Source: Candidatus Saccharimonadota bacterium (GTDB lineage: Bacteria > Patescibacteriota > Saccharimonadia > CAILAD01 > BJGX01). Taken from it: a DNA stretch of 39,915 bases. The stretch spans positions 1 to 39,915 of the forward strand of contig SICO01000001.1 in NCBI GenBank assembly GCA_009691435.1, read 5' to 3'. The notes beneath the pieces are model-generated. The model had not been told where the DNA came from. It made no database searches and was given only the letters and a program-made list of their open reading frames with translations. Positions 36,233 through 39,915 of this stretch are shown here, piece by piece; position 1 is the stretch's first letter, and every line of letters starts with the position of its first letter. The position numbers and the translations under genes are program-made.

Positions 36233-37121
36233 CCCTCTGGTATTTTTTGGTACTGGCAATACTAGCTTAGAGGCTTTGCAGTGTTTAAGCGAAGTTTTTG
36301 CAATAGAACTAATTGTTACTAAACCACCAGCCCTAAATTCAGCAGGCAAGCACTTTAAAAATAGCGTCCATCAATGGGGTGAGAAAAACTCCATCCCGAT
36401 TATTGCGCCAGAGAGTCAAAGCGAACTAGCTAAACTCATCAGTAGCCGAGTACTTAAGAGCAAGCTTGGTATTGTCTTAGACTTTGGGATGATAATACCA
36501 GCTAGGGTCATTGATGCTTTCGGCTCGGGGATATTAAATAGCCACTTTAGCTTGCTACCTAGGCACCGGGGCGCAAACCCAATCCGAACAGCAATACTAC
36601 GCGGTGATCTAAAAACAGGCGTTACAATTATAAAAATTACACCTGGCCTTGATGATGGGCCAATACTAGCTTGGGCCGAATTTGATATTAATAATCTAAA
36701 TGCCACAATATTGCGCGAAGAACTATCTAAGCTTAATTGTGCCCTACTACCCGAAGCAGCCAAAATGTATCTTAATGGTCAATTAGATTTAATTAACCAA
36801 GATCAATCAGAAATTACACACACAACTAAAACCACCAAACAAAATGGTAGGTTAGATTTTAATAAAACTGCAGAGGTACTAGAGCGAGAAACCCGGGCCT
36901 ACGCTAGTTGGCCAAAAAGCTATTTTGATGACAATGGCCAGACTTATATCGTTATAGATGCCAAAGCCTCTGCCGAAGTAACCCCTAAGGGCAAGCTCAC
37001 GGCGAAAAATAAGTGCTTATATATTGGGTGCGAACTTGGCAGTTTGCAAATTACTAGCATCCAACTAGCTGGTAAGCCAGCTATGGAGGCTACTAGTTTT
37101 ATTAATGGCTATTTAAAGTAG
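36201..37121 (+). CDS. fmt: Methionyl-tRNA formyltransferase
   Basis: VFFGT, NSHFSLLPRHRGANPI, TGVTI...LDDGPI, RAYASWP. Confidence 0.93.
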   Translation: MLSKKQTTSTSPLVFFGTGNTSLEALQCLSEVFAIELIVTKPPALNSAGKHFKNSVHQWGEKNSIPIIAPESQSELAKLISSRVLKSKLGIVLDFGMIIPARVIDAFGSGILNSHFSLLPRHRGANPIRTAILRGDLKTGVTIIKITPGLDDGPILAWAEFDINNLNATILREELSKLNCALLPEAAKMYLNGQLDLINQDQSEITHTTKTTKQNGRLDFNKTAEVLERETRAYASWPKSYFDDNGQTYIVIDAKASAEVTPKGKLTAKNKCLYIGCELGSLQITSIQLAGKPAMEATSFINGYLK

Positions 37122-37158
37122 CAACTAATTTAAGTTGATAGTATTTAGGACATTGGGC

Positions 37159-37527
37159 CTACTTGAAATAAGGCTCTATCTTGGCTACCACCTCGCTAGG
37201 TGTTAGGTCGGTCTTAATAATATAATCTTGGGCCCCTAAATTTTTAGCTTGATCAATGGTCGCTTGGTCCATAACATTAGTTAAAACAATTACTGGCAAG
37301 CCTGGGGTTATGCCGTGCTTTTTGAGCTCCTCTAAAACTTCCATGCCACTAACATTAGGCATCATTAAATCTAATAAGACGACTTGAGGCTGATGCTCGT
37401 TAATCTTAGTTAGGGCCATAGCCCCATCAGTGGCTTCAACCGTACGAATATTAGACTTAGAAAACTTTAACTGGTACATGCTTCGGATGGAATCACTATC
37501 TTCAACTAATAAACATATTTTTTTCAT
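37159..37527 (-). CDS. Single-domain response regulator (receiver only)
   Basis: VEDS, LLDLMMP (phospho-Asp), VLTN, YIIK. Confidence 0.92.
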   Translation of the reverse strand: MKKICLLVEDSDSIRSMYQLKFSKSNIRTVEATDGAMALTKINEHQPQVVLLDLMMPNVSGMEVLEELKKHGITPGLPVIVLTNVMDQATIDQAKNLGAQDYIIKTDLTPSEVVAKIEPYFK

Positions 37528-37599
37528 ATCTATACTATACCTACTTATGGTTTATGTAGTCAACTAGGCTCTGCTGCTTAGTGGCCTAGGGCAAGGTGA

Positions 37600-39174
37600 T
37601 TAGCTTTTTTTATTGAGATACACAAACAATGCTAGCCCGATGAAGCTCGCCAGCACAGTCCATTCGCCAAGCAAGGTGTATATGGTGCGGGTGCTGTTGG
37701 GCTGTATGTCGCCCAGCATATAGCTAGTAGAGTCGTCTTTGTTTTGTACCTGGATGGTGCCGTTTTGGCTCATAATATATGATAGCTTACCCCTGGCCGA
37801 CTGAACCAGTGTCCGGGCATTAGCGACGGCCTGAAAACGAGCCATTTGCTTGGCCTGGTCAAAAAACTGTGTACCAATGCCCATCGTCGAGAGCGAGGCG
37901 GCGTTTACTAGCACCTCGGCGCCGCGGTTGGTGAGCTCCCGATAATACTCGGGGGCAATAATACCCGAACAAGCCAGCACCCCATAGCTGACTCCATTAA
38001 TGGTGATTGGCTCGATTGGTTTTTTGGACTGAAAGACTGTCTTTTCGCCTTCGTGGTAGGCTATCAGCTGATAGTTGCCGGAGGCAATCAGGATGCCTTT
38101 GTAGAGGTATGGTATGTACTCTCCACCTGGTATTAAAAATGTCTTACCCTGTGCGCTCATTTGTTGGCCCGATACATCGAGTTCCACGATAGCATTTGTC
38201 TCGGTCTTTGCTGTAAATATGCTGCCGGTGGTAATTATTCTACTGGACTCGTTTTTGAGTAGCAGCTGGGCTATTTGGCGGTCTTCATTGAGCAGCCTGG
38301 GTTCGTCAAACAAGTGCGAATATTCTGGGAATACCACCAAATTAACCTTACTCTTAGGCACTGCCTGCAATGATTCCAGCAATGCCGGCTGATAATCAAT
38401 TGCGACATTAGAGCTAAAGTGAACCACACCAATCTGCTCGCTACTAGTACCAGAAGGTGTGTGATAAACATAGTATGCCAGGAGTGTAGCCAATATAATT
38501 GATACAATTATCAACTGCGAGACTCTAACGAACTTCCTGCGCCACAGCTGAAAAATTGCGATATTGACCAGCACCACCACGAAGCTCAGCCCGAATAGCC
38601 CACCGAACCTTGAAAAATACACCAGTGGTGTGGCGCTAGCTGCCAGCCCCAGCGCACCGAAGTTCCAGTGCATACCGATGCTACCGCCTTCACCTAATGC
38701 ACAGATAGAAAATATAATGCTCCTAGCACATTCACCAGCTATCCAAATTGCTGGCAATAGCAAAAAAGAGCTCTTGGAGTCTAGCGAAACCTTGAGTTTG
38801 GTATAAAGCCAAGCAAAGAGAACAAACCCACTGGAAAAAAATAGCACCATTAGCCCCAATGTTAAGGGCACAAATAGCGCCCTGGTCCAAGGGTCTTGAA
38901 TTAAATCAATGGTGTTAAGCTGGTACATCCAGCTGATGGTTATGGCCATAAAAACCACCCCCACCAGCCAAATGTATTTGATAACCTTACGAGTCTTAGT
39001 CTGTCCTTTTTGTAAAAAAACTAAATAAAACAAAAACGGCACAAAAGTTACAAAAGATAGCCACCCGAGCTGGTAGCTCATAAATGGCAGGGCCAGTGTA
39101 GCCCCGCAGCTAACGATATATAATGCGTTAAGCCAATTATAGTGCCTGACGGTGGTAAGCATGTGGTGTTTCAT
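37600..39174 (-). CDS. lnt: Apolipoprotein N-acyltransferase-like protein (TM domain plus nitrilase domain)
   Basis: Multiple N-terminal TMs, GGLFGLSF, VFPE (Glu), K.FLIPGGEYIP (Lys), LACSG (Cys), TIYTLLGEW before the last TM. Confidence 0.8.
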   Translation of the reverse strand: MKHHMLTTVRHYNWLNALYIVSCGATLALPFMSYQLGWLSFVTFVPFLFYLVFLQKGQTKTRKVIKYIWLVGVVFMAITISWMYQLNTIDLIQDPWTRALFVPLTLGLMVLFFSSGFVLFAWLYTKLKVSLDSKSSFLLLPAIWIAGECARSIIFSICALGEGGSIGMHWNFGALGLAASATPLVYFSRFGGLFGLSFVVVLVNIAIFQLWRRKFVRVSQLIIVSIILATLLAYYVYHTPSGTSSEQIGVVHFSSNVAIDYQPALLESLQAVPKSKVNLVVFPEYSHLFDEPRLLNEDRQIAQLLLKNESSRIITTGSIFTAKTETNAIVELDVSGQQMSAQGKTFLIPGGEYIPYLYKGILIASGNYQLIAYHEGEKTVFQSKKPIEPITINGVSYGVLACSGIIAPEYYRELTNRGAEVLVNAASLSTMGIGTQFFDQAKQMARFQAVANARTLVQSARGKLSYIMSQNGTIQVQNKDDSTSYMLGDIQPNSTRTIYTLLGEWTVLASFIGLALFVYLNKKS

Positions 39175-39270
39175 TGATTGATTGATATAGAGTTATTACT
39201 AATTATGTCTGCCCCGGTTTCTTACAGGTAATAACCCTTATTATACATTTATCTAAGGCCAGGCCAAAGC

Positions 39271-39298
39271 CTAACACCAGCTCGGGGGCTGGTGTTAG
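39271..39298. terminator. Strong hairpin downstream of the 183-aa gene (probable terminator or processing stem)
   Basis: CTAACACCAGC-TCGGGG-GCTGGTGTTAG perfect 11-bp stem; weak U-tract. Confidence 0.6.
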
Positions 39299-39332
39299 TG
39301 GACTTAAGGACCGTGTGTTTATAGTCTACTAT

Positions 39333-39884
39333 CTAGTTTGACTGCACTGGATACATAGTAATAACGCCAACGGTGCCCCCGTTATTTACTACCTCGAGAG
39401 TTACTGGGTCTATGCTTCGGAGTTGAAGTTTCTCCGCATTACTCAAAGAATGCGTGCAAACTACCTGGCTATCGCCAGATTGGGTATAATAATCCCAGGA
39501 AGAAGTCCAAACTCCTGGAAGGAAACCCACGCGATTCCCCCTTATTCTCATTCCTACTTTGCCAGAATTGGTTAGCTTAACATGCGCACAAAGCCTGGTA
39601 CGAGTCCCAAGATCAGTCTGGGTCCACGACGCGCTGGCTACCTGGCCACCTGCTAGCACACAACTGCGTCCAAAGAACCCGCCCTTATCTACTATTCTAC
39701 CGCCACATCGCATCCCGCTATCTACTCTTTTTATGTGAGTTGCCGCCTCGCTAGAGCGTACTATCGCATAGCCTCCAATTGCCACAAGGGCAACTACAGG
39801 TAGTACATACCACCACTTTAGTTTTGAGTTCTTCTTTTTGCTAGAGCTTGTTCTGGATTTGGAACTTAATTTGGACTTTGCCAT
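39333..39884 (-). CDS. Hypothetical secreted/surface protein
   Basis: Lys/Ser-rich N-terminus, hydrophobic helix, SEA cleavage-like site, four Cys, beta-rich mature part; AAAGGA SD. Confidence 0.75.
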   Translation of the reverse strand: MAKSKLSSKSRTSSSKKKNSKLKWWYVLPVVALVAIGGYAIVRSSEAATHIKRVDSGMRCGGRIVDKGGFFGRSCVLAGGQVASASWTQTDLGTRTRLCAHVKLTNSGKVGMRIRGNRVGFLPGVWTSSWDYYTQSGDSQVVCTHSLSNAEKLQLRSIDPVTLEVVNNGGTVGVITMYPVQSN

Positions 39885-39915
39885 AATGATTGATCCTTTT
39901 ATTATTAATTAGATA

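Noticed and set aside
1..39915. Alternative genetic code (TGA = Gly) as in some CPR lineages
   Set aside because: Conserved genes are full length under code 11, and TGA ends prfA, parA, secD and priA at their expected C-termini.

Overview
This is a gene-dense, AT-rich bacterial chromosome segment using the standard code (TGA is a stop codon). Gene content and style point to a Patescibacteria/CPR organism, probably Saccharibacteria-like (inference). Most genes are housekeeping: rpmE-prfA-prmC, LCP, lepB, parAB, rplU, trxB, rodA, ileS (type 2), nrdR, ftsZ, ftsA, map, adk, dgkA, ybeY, yqeY, rpsU, hisS, recJ, secDF and priA-def-fmt. No rRNA, tRNA, CRISPR or mobile element was seen. Five things stand out. 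(1) An unannotated 36-aa ORF (1653-1763, -) resembles a free-standing ribonucleotide-reductase C-terminal cysteine tail (CPID...CDACQ). It has a strong RBS, its own terminator and an NrdR-like box upstream, and nrdR, a Cys-less thioredoxin-fold gene and trxB lie elsewhere in the window. (2) A heliorhodopsin with a natural His-to-Phe change in TM1 sits 3 nt from an APC amino-acid permease, within a co-oriented cluster of secreted hydrolases. (3) An actinobacterial-type T-box riboswitch with an ultrashort Stem I lies upstream of ileS. (4) A candidate structured ncRNA lies upstream of recJ. (5) Many genes have a leaderless-type promoter layout. All calls come from reading motifs by eye; no searches were run.
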